From NCBI GenBank assembly GCA_965224195.1, contig OZ245040.1, positions 320,001 through 384,000 on the forward strand: a DNA stretch of 64,000 bases, given 5' to 3'. Both the position numbers and the translations under genes were made by a program. Positions 49,894 through 59,588 of this stretch are shown piece by piece. Each line of letters opens with the position of its first letter. The first letter of the stretch is position 1. The notes beneath the pieces are model-generated. The model had not been told where the DNA came from, did not search any database, and worked only from the letters and a program-made list of their open reading frames with translations. This DNA comes from Nitrosopumilus sp. (lineage in GTDB: Archaea; Thermoproteota; Nitrososphaeria; Nitrososphaerales; Nitrosopumilaceae).

Positions 49894-50631
49894 TCATTTA
49901 TTAAATTTTTCATATAGTTCATTAATTTTTTTAACAATATCTAAATTGTCATAATCTACTAAATTTAGATTTGGAATAACACAATGTCCTCCAATGATAC
50001 CCGGAAACATTTTTGGTCTATTACCTAAATTTTCATGAATTTCATCTGCAAATTTCCACATTTCATTAAAATCTATACCTTCTTTTTCACAAATCATTTT
50101 TGTAATTTGAGCATAATTGATTAACCATCCATAGTAAGTTGTGTCGACTAAAATTTTTGCTAATTCTGCAGTTTTTGTTGTTGACATCCATTCTATTTTT
50201 TCAAATCGTTTTTCTAAATCTATTTTTATTTTGGGTTCAATTTGTTTTTCATCTGATGAAATAAATTTTGTATATTTTTTAACGTCATCTAAAAATCTTT
50301 TATGCACACCTCTTACTGGTGAATATAAAATTGGTATCTGAAAATTATTTTGTATGTTTTTTGTTGTCCCAGGTTTTACTGTAGAATGAATTAGAACAAC
50401 TTTTAATCCTGTAATTTTTTTAATCCAATCTATTGCAATATCTTCAAAGTTTGTTAATTCTCCTGGTATACAAACATGAAGGTATTCTGGATTATCTATT
50501 TGATCATTTTCTGAATAGTTTTTACATTTTGAACTATCTGAATCAATTCCGATACAATCGTAATTTCTTTCTTTTAGTAGATGAAATAGAGTTTCTCCAA
50601 CTTCTCCCATTCCTAAAACGATGTCAGTCAT
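49894..50631 (-). CDS. Short UDP-glucose/GDP-mannose dehydrogenase-family protein lacking the C-terminal domain
   Basis: VLGMGEVG, HSTVKPGTT, YSPVRG, AELAKILVDT and GIIGGHCV motifs; 245 aa. Confidence 0.82.
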   Translation of the reverse strand: MTDIVLGMGEVGETLFHLLKERNYDCIGIDSDSSKCKNYSENDQIDNPEYLHVCIPGELTNFEDIAIDWIKKITGLKVVLIHSTVKPGTTKNIQNNFQIPILYSPVRGVHKRFLDDVKKYTKFISSDEKQIEPKIKIDLEKRFEKIEWMSTTKTAELAKILVDTTYYGWLINYAQITKMICEKEGIDFNEMWKFADEIHENLGNRPKMFPGIIGGHCVIPNLNLVDYDNLDIVKKINELYEKFNK

Positions 50632-50698
50632 ATACCTAATTTCAGAAAAACTCTCTATGTTATATTCGTGTACAAAACTTGATAATTTTTAAAGAAAG

Positions 50699-50771
50699 TA
50701 GCCCGGCCCAGACTCGAACTGGGGTCAAAGGCTTCAAAGGCCTCTATGCTTGACCGCTACACTACCGGGCT
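50699..50771 (-). tRNA. tRNA-Gln (TTG)
   Basis: Reverse complement AGCCCGG-TAGTGTAGCGGTCAAGCAT-AGAGGC-CT-TTG-AA-GCCTT...AGTTCGAGT...CCGGGCT-A. Confidence 0.95.
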
Positions 50772-50840
50772 GCTAAATCGAGCACTCTCATTCCCTTAAT
50801 GAACTTTTTATTTGAATTTGACTCTTAAAACTAAACTCAA

Positions 50841-51869
50841 CTATTCTCTGATTGTTTTAATCAATTTTTTAATAGGATTTTCCATCTGTTTTTTTATTCT
50901 TTCTGCTCTTTTTTGACTCTCATTATTGTCGCCTTCAAAAATTTTCTTAATGTAGTTTGAAATCTTATTGGGGCTTGTTTCTCTTTTTACCAAATTTCTT
51001 TTTACTAAGAAATTTTCAATGATATTTGGAACTGCATTATATGATATTGTAGGGATTCCCATTAATGCCGATTCAGCAGTCATAGTACCACCAGATCCAA
51101 TAAAAACATCTGTATTTTTTAACAAATGTTTTCCATCATATGTCATTTTTACAATCTTTACTTTTTTACCAATAATTTTTTGTAAGTTTTTTATTTGTTT
51201 TGTATATCTACCCAAAACTACAATATTTTCATTTCCATATTCTTTTTCTATTTTTTTTATAACTGGAATGATTTTACTAGATTTTGATGTGTACGATGCC
51301 TCTTCTTCTTCAACTCTGATCAAAATATTCTTTTTATTGTTATTTTTGAATGGTAATTTTAATTTTTCATCAATTTTTCGTTGTATTGTAACAAATGCAT
51401 CAATTGCTTTGTATTGAGTAATATTTTTTTCATCGATTCCGTATTTTGAAAATTCTTTTTTAGGTATTGTAAGAGGAATTAACAATTTTTGAATTAATGG
51501 TAGTGTTAATCGCATTACTGCTTCTGCATGTGGAGAATCACAAAATGCTATGTGTTTAATTCTTAAACCAAATGCTATTCTTGCAGCCTCTGGTGAACAA
51601 AAACTAATTACGATATCTGGAGAAAATGTCTTAATTTTTCTTGACAGTCTCTCCATTCTGTCTATACTGGCTTTGAGTTTAGCTTTTTTGTCTCCCCCAC
51701 CGTGTTTTCCAACAAAAATAAGGTCAAAATTACGTATTTTTGCTAATTTTGAAACTTCTTCATAATCTCTTGAAGTACACAAAAGATCGTGTTTTCTCCC
51801 TAATTTTTCAATTATTGGTTCAGAAAACAACAATTGTTTTGGTGTAAGAATATCTATCCAGATTTTCAA
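50841..51869 (-). CDS. DUF354 family protein (GT-B-like)
   Basis: MKIWIDILTPKQ, TSRDY, VGKHGG, SPEAARIAFGL, DSPHA and GGTMTAESALMGIPTIS motifs. Confidence 0.85.
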   Translation of the reverse strand: MKIWIDILTPKQLLFSEPIIEKLGRKHDLLCTSRDYEEVSKLAKIRNFDLIFVGKHGGGDKKAKLKASIDRMERLSRKIKTFSPDIVISFCSPEAARIAFGLRIKHIAFCDSPHAEAVMRLTLPLIQKLLIPLTIPKKEFSKYGIDEKNITQYKAIDAFVTIQRKIDEKLKLPFKNNNKKNILIRVEEEEASYTSKSSKIIPVIKKIEKEYGNENIVVLGRYTKQIKNLQKIIGKKVKIVKMTYDGKHLLKNTDVFIGSGGTMTAESALMGIPTISYNAVPNIIENFLVKRNLVKRETSPNKISNYIKKIFEGDNNESQKRAERIKKQMENPIKKLIKTIRE

Positions 51870-51931
51870 GTAATTTTTCTAATTATGGTAAGTTCAATAA
51901 GTTTTTCTTAGTCCAATACTAGCTGTAATGT

Positions 51932-53083
51932 ATGGGGGGAGCAAAAGTTGTCGTTTATGGTCTTAGCACAGAAGGATATGCGATTGCATCTCAAATGGCA
52001 ATTAAGGGTGCAGATGTTTACATAATTGATGAATCAACTCCGTCAGCAATTTCACTAAAAGCTGAAATTGCTAAAACATATCCAAATGTATCTTCTCTCA
52101 AAGAAGATGAACCTCTCTTAGCTATGGAACCAATTGATGTAGCAATTTCAAAAGCACAATATCTTTTCTTTACTCCAAGAATTAGAAAAACTGGACAAGA
52201 TATTAAAACTGAAATTCATTCAAAATTTAAGGATGCAGTTACATCAATGAAAAAAAATAGCTCGGTAATTTTTACACTTCCAACAGGATTTGGAGGTAAC
52301 AATGAAAATATTTCATTACTTGAACATGTGACAGGTCTTGAAACTGGAAAACATATTTCATACTTTTACTATCCTCTTGAAGATCTTAAGGAACCACCAA
52401 AAATTATTGGATCCTTTAATGGAAAAGAAGATTCAACTTTAGCAGAACTACTTACAGTAGGTAAAAAAGAGAAAAAGTTTGTAGCAATTTCATCATCTGA
52501 GCATTTTCATGCAATTGATGTTTTATCCAGATTTTCTAGTTTGTGTAGTGTTTTAGAAGTCTGTAAATATGCTCAAGATGATATTACCAAAAATGATCTT
52601 TCTTCAGATGATTTTCAGGAAATATTTTTAGACGATATGGTTAGTGGATTATTTGACTTAAAATCTCTAGGTTCATCTTTTGAAGGTGCAAATTCTCTCA
52701 TGTATCTAATTAATGGAAGTGTAAAAGGAATTGATGGGTATATCAAGCGTTTAATTGATGAGATTCGTTCAACACTAAAGAAAAATGATCTAAAAGCAAG
52801 TAGAACAAAGATCGCATTGTCTTGGACGCTTGATCAACATGCAATGCGTGGTGGTAAAATTGAAATGCTTCAAAATCTAACATCTAGATTACGTGATTAT
52901 ATTGGTGATGTTGAAGCTTACGAAGATCCAAACTTTGATCTTTTCCATAGTGATAAAACAACAATAGTTGTAGCTTGCTCAAAATCAGATTTTGACAATA
53001 TTGAAAAAACAAAACAGGATTCTGATTTAATTATAGTAAAAGCCAATCCTTTATGTGAAACGATCAATAATAGTATAAATTAG
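51932..53083 (+). CDS. Degenerate nucleotide-sugar dehydrogenase-like protein
   Basis: Rossmann-like start KVVVYGLSTEGYAIA and a C-terminal LKKNDLKASRTKIAL...VEAYEDP segment resembling the UDP-binding domain; no GGHC motif. Confidence 0.6.
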   Translation: MGGAKVVVYGLSTEGYAIASQMAIKGADVYIIDESTPSAISLKAEIAKTYPNVSSLKEDEPLLAMEPIDVAISKAQYLFFTPRIRKTGQDIKTEIHSKFKDAVTSMKKNSSVIFTLPTGFGGNNENISLLEHVTGLETGKHISYFYYPLEDLKEPPKIIGSFNGKEDSTLAELLTVGKKEKKFVAISSSEHFHAIDVLSRFSSLCSVLEVCKYAQDDITKNDLSSDDFQEIFLDDMVSGLFDLKSLGSSFEGANSLMYLINGSVKGIDGYIKRLIDEIRSTLKKNDLKASRTKIALSWTLDQHAMRGGKIEMLQNLTSRLRDYIGDVEAYEDPNFDLFHSDKTTIVVACSKSDFDNIEKTKQDSDLIIVKANPLCETINNSIN

Positions 53084-53096
53084 CTAAATTACTATT

Positions 53097-53669
53097 TTGG
53101 TTGAATTGTCTAATGAATCTAATTCTGATGAAATATCAGTTAATGTAGTATCTAAAAATGAAGAAGAAAATAATTCATCTACGATGGAATCAGAGTCTTT
53201 AGAACCTAATATTGATAACTTAACTACAGAATTAGAATTAGAAAAACAAAGATCATCTGAATATGAAGAAAAATTAAAACTTGTATTAGCTGACTTTCAA
53301 AATCTAAGTAGAAAAACACAGTCTGATATAGAAAATGGAGTAAATTCAAAAATTAATGAATTTGCATTAGATTTTTTACAAATTTATGATGATTTCGTTA
53401 GAGCAAAAGAAGTTTTTTCTGAAAGTAAGATTAATTCTGATGGTCTTGATTCTATTTTAAAAAATATGAATTCATTATTACAAAAATACCATGTTAAACA
53501 AATTGATGCATTAGGAGAAATTTTTAACCCAAATTTCCATGAGGCAATATCAATAATCACAGATCCTGCTTTGGATGACAATACAGTTACAAAAGAGCTC
53601 AGGAAAGGGTATATTTCTCATGAGAGAGTTATAAGACCGACATTAGTAGAAATTTCAAAAAAAGGATGA
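53097..53669 (+). CDS. grpE: Nucleotide exchange factor GrpE
   Basis: ADFQN, GEIFNPNFHEAI and RKGY...RVIRP motifs. Confidence 0.95.
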   Translation: MVELSNESNSDEISVNVVSKNEEENNSSTMESESLEPNIDNLTTELELEKQRSSEYEEKLKLVLADFQNLSRKTQSDIENGVNSKINEFALDFLQIYDDFVRAKEVFSESKINSDGLDSILKNMNSLLQKYHVKQIDALGEIFNPNFHEAISIITDPALDDNTVTKELRKGYISHERVIRPTLVEISKKG

Positions 53670-53678
53670 TGATAAAAT

Positions 53679-55679
53679 ATGGTTAAAATAATTGGTATTG
53701 ATTTAGGAACAAGTAACTCTGCTGCAGCAGTTGTAATGGGTGGAAAACCTACAATTATTCCAGCAGCAGAAGGTGCCACAGTGGGTGGTAAAGCATTCCC
53801 ATCAGTAGTAGCATTTTCTAAAGATGGTGATCTTTTGGTTGGTGAACCAGCACGAAGACAAGCAGTAACCAATCCTGATAGTACAATAGTTGCTGCTAAA
53901 AGAAAAATGGGTTCTGATCATACATTTAAAATTTTAGATAAAGAATACAAACCGCAACAAATTTCTGCATTCATTCTTCAGAAAATTAAAAAAGATGCTG
54001 AAGCATTTATTGGTGAACCAGTTAGTAAAGCAGTCATTACTGTTCCTGCATATTTTGATGATAATCAAAGACAGGCTACTAAAGATGCTGGAACAATTGC
54101 TGGTCTTGATGTTGTTAGAATAATAAATGAACCAACTGCTGCATCTTTAGCCTTTGGGTTAGATAAAGCAAAAGAAGACATGAAAATCCTTGTCTTTGAT
54201 TTTGGTGGTGGTACATTAGATGTTACTATAATGGAAATGGGTGGAGGTGTTTTTGAAGTTCTTAGTACATCTGGTGATACACAATTAGGTGGTACAGATA
54301 TGGATAAAGTTCTAATTGATTTCATCGTTGATGAATTCAAGAAAAAGGAAGGTGTTGATCTTTCTCAGGATTCAACTGCAATGACAAGAATTAGAGAAGC
54401 TTCTGAAAAAGCTAAAATTGAATTATCTACTGTAATGGAAACCGACATTAATTTACCATTTATTGCACATGATCCTTCATCTGGTGCTAAAAATTTAGAA
54501 TTCAGAATTACTAGAGCAAAATTAGATGAATTAATTGGTCCTATTGTTGAGCGATGTAAGCCTTCTGTACTAAAAGCACTTGAAGATGCAAAACTTTCCA
54601 ATTCTGATATTAATAAAATTGTGATGGTTGGTGGACCGACAAGAATTCCATTAGTGAAAAAATTTGTTAGTGAATTAGTTGGTCAAGAATCTGAATCAGG
54701 TGTAGATCCAATGGAAGCAGTAGCGATGGGTGCAGCAATTCAGGCTGGAATTATTGCTGGAGATGTAAGTAGTGATATTGTTTTGCTCGATGTAACTCCT
54801 TTAACATTGGGAATTGAAACATTAGGTGGTGTTAGAGAGCCATTAATTGAAAGAAATACTACTATTCCTACATCAAAGAGTAAAGTTTTCACAACTGCAG
54901 CTGATAATCAAACAGCAGTAACAATTCATGTTGTTCAAGGTGAAAGACCAATGGCAACTGATAATGTATCATTGGGAAGTTTTAATCTTACAGATTTACC
55001 TTCAGCTCCTAGAGGAATCCCTCAAATTGAAGTTAAATTTGATATTGATGCAAACGGAATAATCAATGTTACAGCAAAAGATCTTGGAACACAAAAAGAA
55101 GCAAAAATTACTATTGAGTCTACATCAAAACTATCTAAAGAAGAAATTGAAAAACTAAAAGAAGATGCAGAAAAATTCTCTGATGAAGATAAACTGAAGA
55201 AAGAGAAAATTGATTTAAAGAATGAAGCAGAAAGTTACATTTACACTACTGAAAAATTAGTTAATCATGATCTTAAAGATAAAATTTCACAAGAACAAGG
55301 AATTAAAATTACTGATGCTGTTAAGGAAGTTAGAGAAGTTTTAGATAAAGAACCAGATGAATTAAAACCTAAACTTGAAGCATTACAAACATTAGTAAAT
55401 GAAGTTACAACAGAACTTTACAAAAATGCATCACCACCACCTGGCGCAGAAGGACAACAAGGCGCAGAAGGACAACAAGGCGCAGAAGGACAACAAGGCG
55501 CAGAAGGACAACAAGGCGCAGAAGGACAACAAGGCGCAGAAGGACAACAAGGCGCAGAAGGACAACAAGGCGCAGAAGGACAACAAGGCGCAGAAGGACA
55601 ACAAGGCGCAGAAGGACAACAAGGCGCAGAAGGACAAACCAATGAATCATCTTCAACTGATGAACCAAAAACCAACTAG
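53679..55679 (+). CDS. dnaK: Chaperone DnaK (Hsp70)
   Basis: [31 protein letters not shown] and [13 protein letters not shown] motifs. Confidence 0.98.
   Translation: MVKIIGIDLGTSNSAAAVVMGGKPTIIPAAEGATVGGKAFPSVVAFSKDGDLLVGEPARRQAVTNPDSTIVAAKRKMGSDHTFKILDKEYKPQQISAFILQKIKKDAEAFIGEPVSKAVITVPAYFDDNQRQATKDAGTIAGLDVVRIINEPTAASLAFGLDKAKEDMKILVFDFGGGTLDVTIMEMGGGVFEVLSTSGDTQLGGTDMDKVLIDFIVDEFKKKEGVDLSQDSTAMTRIREASEKAKIELSTVMETDINLPFIAHDPSSGAKNLEFRITRAKLDELIGPIVERCKPSVLKALEDAKLSNSDINKIVMVGGPTRIPLVKKFVSELVGQESESGVDPMEAVAMGAAIQAGIIAGDVSSDIVLLDVTPLTLGIETLGGVREPLIERNTTIPTSKSKVFTTAADNQTAVTIHVVQGERPMATDNVSLGSFNLTDLPSAPRGIPQIEVKFDIDANGIINVTAKDLGTQKEAKITIESTSKLSKEEIEKLKEDAEKFSDEDKLKKEKIDLKNEAESYIYTTEKLVNHDLKDKISQEQGIKITDAVKEVREVLDKEPDELKPKLEALQTLVNEVTTELYKNASPPPGAEGQQGAEGQQGAEGQQGAEGQQGAEGQQGAEGQQGAEGQQGAEGQQGAEGQQGAEGQQGAEGQTNESSSTDEPKTN
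55443..55637 (+). repeat. Perfect 18-bp tandem repeat (GGCGCAGAAGGACAACAA) x10 plus a 15-bp partial copy, encoding (GAEGQQ)n
   Basis: Read directly from the sequence; all copies are identical. Confidence 0.97.
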
Positions 55680-55727
55680 TTTTCTAATTCAATCATTTAT
55701 ACTGTAATTATGATAAAGGAATGATTC

Positions 55728-56789
55728 ATGGCTACAAAACGTGATTATTATGAGGTTTTAGGTGTCTCAAAAACATCTTCTCCAGATGAAGTTAAACAAC
55801 AGTATAGAAAATTAGCATTAAAATTTCATCCTGACAGAAACCAGTTTTCAGAAGCTGGTGAACATTTTAAAGAAATTTCTGAAGCATATGCAGTTATTTC
55901 AGATCCTGAGAAAAAACAAATCTACGATCAACATGGTCATGCTGGTGTGGATGGAAGATATTCTAGTGAAGATATTTTTCAAGGGGCACAGGGTGGTGGT
56001 TTTGATTCTATTTTTGAATCCATCTTTGGTCGTGGAGGTGGAGGATTTAATTTTAATCAACAACAGCAACAAGGTTCTGATCTTCTATATGAGACTCATG
56101 TAACATTAGAAGAAGTATCACATGGTAAAAAAATTGAAATTAATTTACAAAAACAGGTTCAATGTGATATTTGCAATGGCTCTGGTGCAAAACCAGGTAC
56201 TAACAAGAAAACATGTGGAACATGTAATGGTCAAGGACAAGTAAGACAAACTCGTAACATGGGATTTGCTTCATTTGTTACTGCTGCACCTTGTTCTGCT
56301 TGTAGAGGTCAGGGATCCATAATCGAAACACCGTGCAATGAATGTAAAGGACAAGGAAAGAAAAAAGGTTCAAAAACTGTAAAATTTGATATTCCTCCTG
56401 GAATTAATTCAGGAGATTACACTGTATCTGGAGAAGGAAATGAAATTCCTGATGGTGTAAATGGCGATTTAATTGTTAGAGTACGAGTACAACCACATTC
56501 AAAGTTTAATCGAGATGGAAAAGATATTTTTTATGATCATGATCTTTCTATGATTGATGCTGCGTTAGGTTGTGAAATTATTGTTCCAACTTTGGAAGGA
56601 ACAGAAAAAATTAAGGTTGATGCAGGTAGTCAACCAAATACAATTATCAAATTAAAAGGAAAAGGGGTGTCTCATATCAATTATAGAGGAAAAGGAGATC
56701 AATTTGTAAGAATTGTGGTAAATGTTCCTAAAAAACTCAATAAACATCAAAAAAATCTTTTAGATGAATTTAGAAAAACTAGTGATTAA
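55728..56789 (+). CDS. dnaJ: Chaperone DnaJ
   Basis: J domain with HPD, G/F-rich region and four CxxCxGxG motifs. Confidence 0.97.
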   Translation: MATKRDYYEVLGVSKTSSPDEVKQQYRKLALKFHPDRNQFSEAGEHFKEISEAYAVISDPEKKQIYDQHGHAGVDGRYSSEDIFQGAQGGGFDSIFESIFGRGGGGFNFNQQQQQGSDLLYETHVTLEEVSHGKKIEINLQKQVQCDICNGSGAKPGTNKKTCGTCNGQGQVRQTRNMGFASFVTAAPCSACRGQGSIIETPCNECKGQGKKKGSKTVKFDIPPGINSGDYTVSGEGNEIPDGVNGDLIVRVRVQPHSKFNRDGKDIFYDHDLSMIDAALGCEIIVPTLEGTEKIKVDAGSQPNTIIKLKGKGVSHINYRGKGDQFVRIVVNVPKKLNKHQKNLLDEFRKTSD

Positions 56790-57337
56790 TGATTAATATG
56801 AAAATTGCATTAGATGTTGATGGTGTACTTGCAGATGTTATAATTTCTTGGTTAAATTATAGCAATTCTATTAGACCCAAAATTGCTAAACATCAGATAA
56901 CTAGTTGGGAATTTTGGAATAAATTTAATATTGATCGTTATGATTTTTACACTGAGCTTAGCTCTTGTTGGAAAAATTGGTCTTCAATTCCTACTACTGA
57001 AAAAAATTTGTCATCAATAACAAAATCCCTTACTGAAATTGGTCAAGTAGATATTGTTACTGCAAGGGAACGTTCAACTAACTCATTTGTAAAATCTTGG
57101 TTGGGTCACCATGATATTGCATATGATAATTATGTATCAGTAATTGATGGCCCAATGAAAGCTGATTTAGATTATGATGTATTTATTGATGATTCTCCAT
57201 TAAATGCAGAAAAATTCCTTAAAAATAAGAAAAAAATAATCCTTTATTCACAACCATGGAACCAAAATTTTTCTGAAAATAATATTAATCGAGTTTCAAA
57301 TCTTTTAGAAGCAATTAAAAAAATAAAATCTTTTTAA
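56789..57337 (+). CDS. HAD-superfamily 5'(3')-nucleotidase-like (NT5C) protein
   Basis: ALDVDGVLAD, IVTAR, K and FIDDSP...QPWN motifs. Confidence 0.85.
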   Translation: MINMKIALDVDGVLADVIISWLNYSNSIRPKIAKHQITSWEFWNKFNIDRYDFYTELSSCWKNWSSIPTTEKNLSSITKSLTEIGQVDIVTARERSTNSFVKSWLGHHDIAYDNYVSVIDGPMKADLDYDVFIDDSPLNAEKFLKNKKKIILYSQPWNQNFSENNINRVSNLLEAIKKIKSF

Positions 57338-57498
57338 TTCTTCTCAAATTTTCTAATGATAACTTGATGACCAGTTCTAATGTGTGTAGAATGTGTTGTA
57401 TTAACTAATTCATCAATTTTATCTTCACCATAGAATTTGGTATTGTAACGCCCCAAAACTTTCTTACAATTTGAACAATATACTTCACTGAATTCCAT
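57334..57498 (-). CDS. Small CxxC...His-rich Zn-finger-like protein, 54 aa
   Basis: Manual translation MEFSEVYCSNCKKVLGRYNTKFYGEDKIDELVNTTHSTHIRTGHQVIIRKFEKN*. Confidence 0.72.
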   Translation of the reverse strand: MEFSEVYCSNCKKVLGRYNTKFYGEDKIDELVNTTHSTHIRTGHQVIIRKFEKN

Positions 57499-57576
57499 TT
57501 TATCTCTTGATTATTCTGATATGATTGCTTCGTAGTATAATAAAGAAACTTATTCTAGATCTCAAATTTTTCCAAT

Positions 57577-57661
57577 GCGGGAGTCACCCAGCCTGGTCAA
57601 CGGTGTAAGGTTCAGATCCTTATCTTCTAGGAGTTCGTGGGTTCAAATCCCACTTCCCGCA
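57577..57661 (+). tRNA. tRNA-Leu (CAG)
   Basis: GCGGGAG...TAAGG-TT-CAG-AT-CCTTA, long variable arm, GGTTCAAATCC, TTCCCGC-A. Confidence 0.95.
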
Positions 57662-57665
57662 TTTA

Positions 57666-59576
57666 CTAACTAATTTTTTCTAATTTAGCCTTGATATTTT
57701 TTAAAAGTAGTCTATTAATTATCTCACCAGAAGCTTTCCCTCTTAATTCTTTCATGACAATTCCCATCAAAGGTCCAACTGCTCTTTCTTTTTGATTTTT
57801 AATGATTCCTTCATTTTTATCTATTATATCTACAATAATTTTCTCTATTTCTTCTTCATTGATCGATTCAATTGATGCATTTTTCATTGCTTCTTCTGTG
57901 CTATTTGATTTTCCAGACATTATACTTTCAAATATAATTGCAATTGATTCTTTAGCAATTTTACCATCTTCTAACAAACTAAACAATTTGAAAATTTCAT
58001 TATTTTTCAATAAATCTGAATTTAATCCATTTCTTTCTAAATTTGTAATTGTTGAACAAAGAATTGATGCAACAAATGTAGGGTTAGTTTTAATTTTTTC
58101 AACAATTTTTTCAAATAATGCAATATAACGTGAATCAAAAATTTGTTCAGCCAATTGTGGATTAAGTTTGTATTTTGTTTCTAATTCTTTGATAGAATCA
58201 TCCCAAGATTTAGGAATATTATTTTGAGCTTCTACTAATTCTTCATTTGTAATGATTATTGGGGGAATGTCTGTTTCTGGATACATCCTTGCAGCTCCTG
58301 GTCTTGGTCTTAGAAATTTTGTTTCACCTGATTGAGTAGCCAACCTTGTATCTATTGGTATTCCATGATTTTTGATATACTGAATTCTTAAAATTATTTG
58401 ATCAATTATGGTGAGAATTTTTTCCTCAGGAGATGCTAAAATCAAAAAAGCATCATTTTGGCTGATTTTAGAAAATTCCTTTAATTTTTCTAAATCTGTT
58501 TCTTCTACTCCGTAGTTGGGTAATTCATCTGAATGAAAAACTCCTCCAATTCCAAAAAATCTGACTAATTCTGCTACTTCTTTTCCTAATCTTATGCCTT
58601 CATAAGGAGAATATCCAAAAATTCCAGCCATATTTCTAAATGTAACTGCCATAATTTTCTGATTTTTCTTCAAGGCTGATTGAATAATTTTTGATTTACA
58701 CTCTGAAAATAATTCTGTACTATCTTTACAATCTTTCTTGTCATAAATCCATCTTTTTTCTTGGATTTTTTTTGAAATTTTTAATAAACCATGTTGTCTT
58801 TTTGCTTCGTATTCCACAACCTTTTCTAATTGATCTAATTGTTGTACACCTTTTACTTCAATTACAACTCCACCTCCATCTTTTATTGATACGTTAACAT
58901 CTTGTCTTATTGAGCCTAATCCTCTTTTTACTTTCTTTGTACTCCTCAAAATTCTTCCTAATGACAGTGCAATTTTTTTAATCTCTGTTAATTCAACTTC
59001 GAAAGGCTCTGTTGCAATTTCAACTAAAGGAACTCCTAGACGTTCTAAACCAAATTTTCTTACAGAACCCTCATCTCCCAAATTTTTGGCAGCGTCTTCT
59101 TCTAAACAAATTGACTGAACTCCTATCTTTATTTCTCCTGTATCAAAAAATCCTCCCTGGGAAATTAGCATAGTACGTTGAAATCCGGTCGTATTAGAGC
59201 CATCAATTACTGTTTTTCTCATAGGATAAATTTCACTAAAAATATTTGATTTCAAAGTAGAAGAAATAATCAATGAAATTTTTCTTGCATCTTCATCTAA
59301 TTCATGTGGTGGCTCTTCATCCTGTTCAACTAAACAACTACTTTTATCATTTGCATAATACATTATTGTTTTTGATTTTGTACTTTCAAATAGTGCTGCA
59401 GGATCAAATTCACCTAATTCACTTTTAGATGCACGTAATTTTCTTTGAAATTTAATTGAATACTCATCAGATTCTATTGGATTGCAGTTGCAAAATAATT
59501 TCTTGTTTGTTGCTAACTGCTGATGAATTTCTAATCCAACTTTAACACCTACATCTTTTATTGAAAATTCTTCCAT
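57666..59576 (-). CDS. gatE: Glu-tRNA(Gln) amidotransferase subunit E
   Basis: GLEIHQQL, RKTVIDGSNTTGFQRT, RGLGSIRQDVNVSI and RPRPGAARMYPETD motifs. Confidence 0.97.
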   Translation of the reverse strand: MEEFSIKDVGVKVGLEIHQQLATNKKLFCNCNPIESDEYSIKFQRKLRASKSELGEFDPAALFESTKSKTIMYYANDKSSCLVEQDEEPPHELDEDARKISLIISSTLKSNIFSEIYPMRKTVIDGSNTTGFQRTMLISQGGFFDTGEIKIGVQSICLEEDAAKNLGDEGSVRKFGLERLGVPLVEIATEPFEVELTEIKKIALSLGRILRSTKKVKRGLGSIRQDVNVSIKDGGGVVIEVKGVQQLDQLEKVVEYEAKRQHGLLKISKKIQEKRWIYDKKDCKDSTELFSECKSKIIQSALKKNQKIMAVTFRNMAGIFGYSPYEGIRLGKEVAELVRFFGIGGVFHSDELPNYGVEETDLEKLKEFSKISQNDAFLILASPEEKILTIIDQIILRIQYIKNHGIPIDTRLATQSGETKFLRPRPGAARMYPETDIPPIIITNEELVEAQNNIPKSWDDSIKELETKYKLNPQLAEQIFDSRYIALFEKIVEKIKTNPTFVASILCSTITNLERNGLNSDLLKNNEIFKLFSLLEDGKIAKESIAIIFESIMSGKSNSTEEAMKNASIESINEEEIEKIIVDIIDKNEGIIKNQKERAVGPLMGIVMKELRGKASGEIINRLLLKNIKAKLEKIS

Positions 59577-59588
59577 ATTGACACCTAA

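Noticed and set aside
55399-55707. Overlapping repetitive ORFs (AQKDNK)n, (LLRLVV)n, (PSAPCC)n, (FCALLS)n, and a possible CRISPR-like look
   Set aside because: These are alternative-frame shadows of the stop-free 18-bp dnaK repeat. There are no unique spacers, so it is not a CRISPR array.
28848-57661. The three tRNAs as integration sites for proviruses or islands
   Set aside because: There is no integrase and no duplicated tRNA 3' end, the flanking genes are core-like, and no introns were seen.
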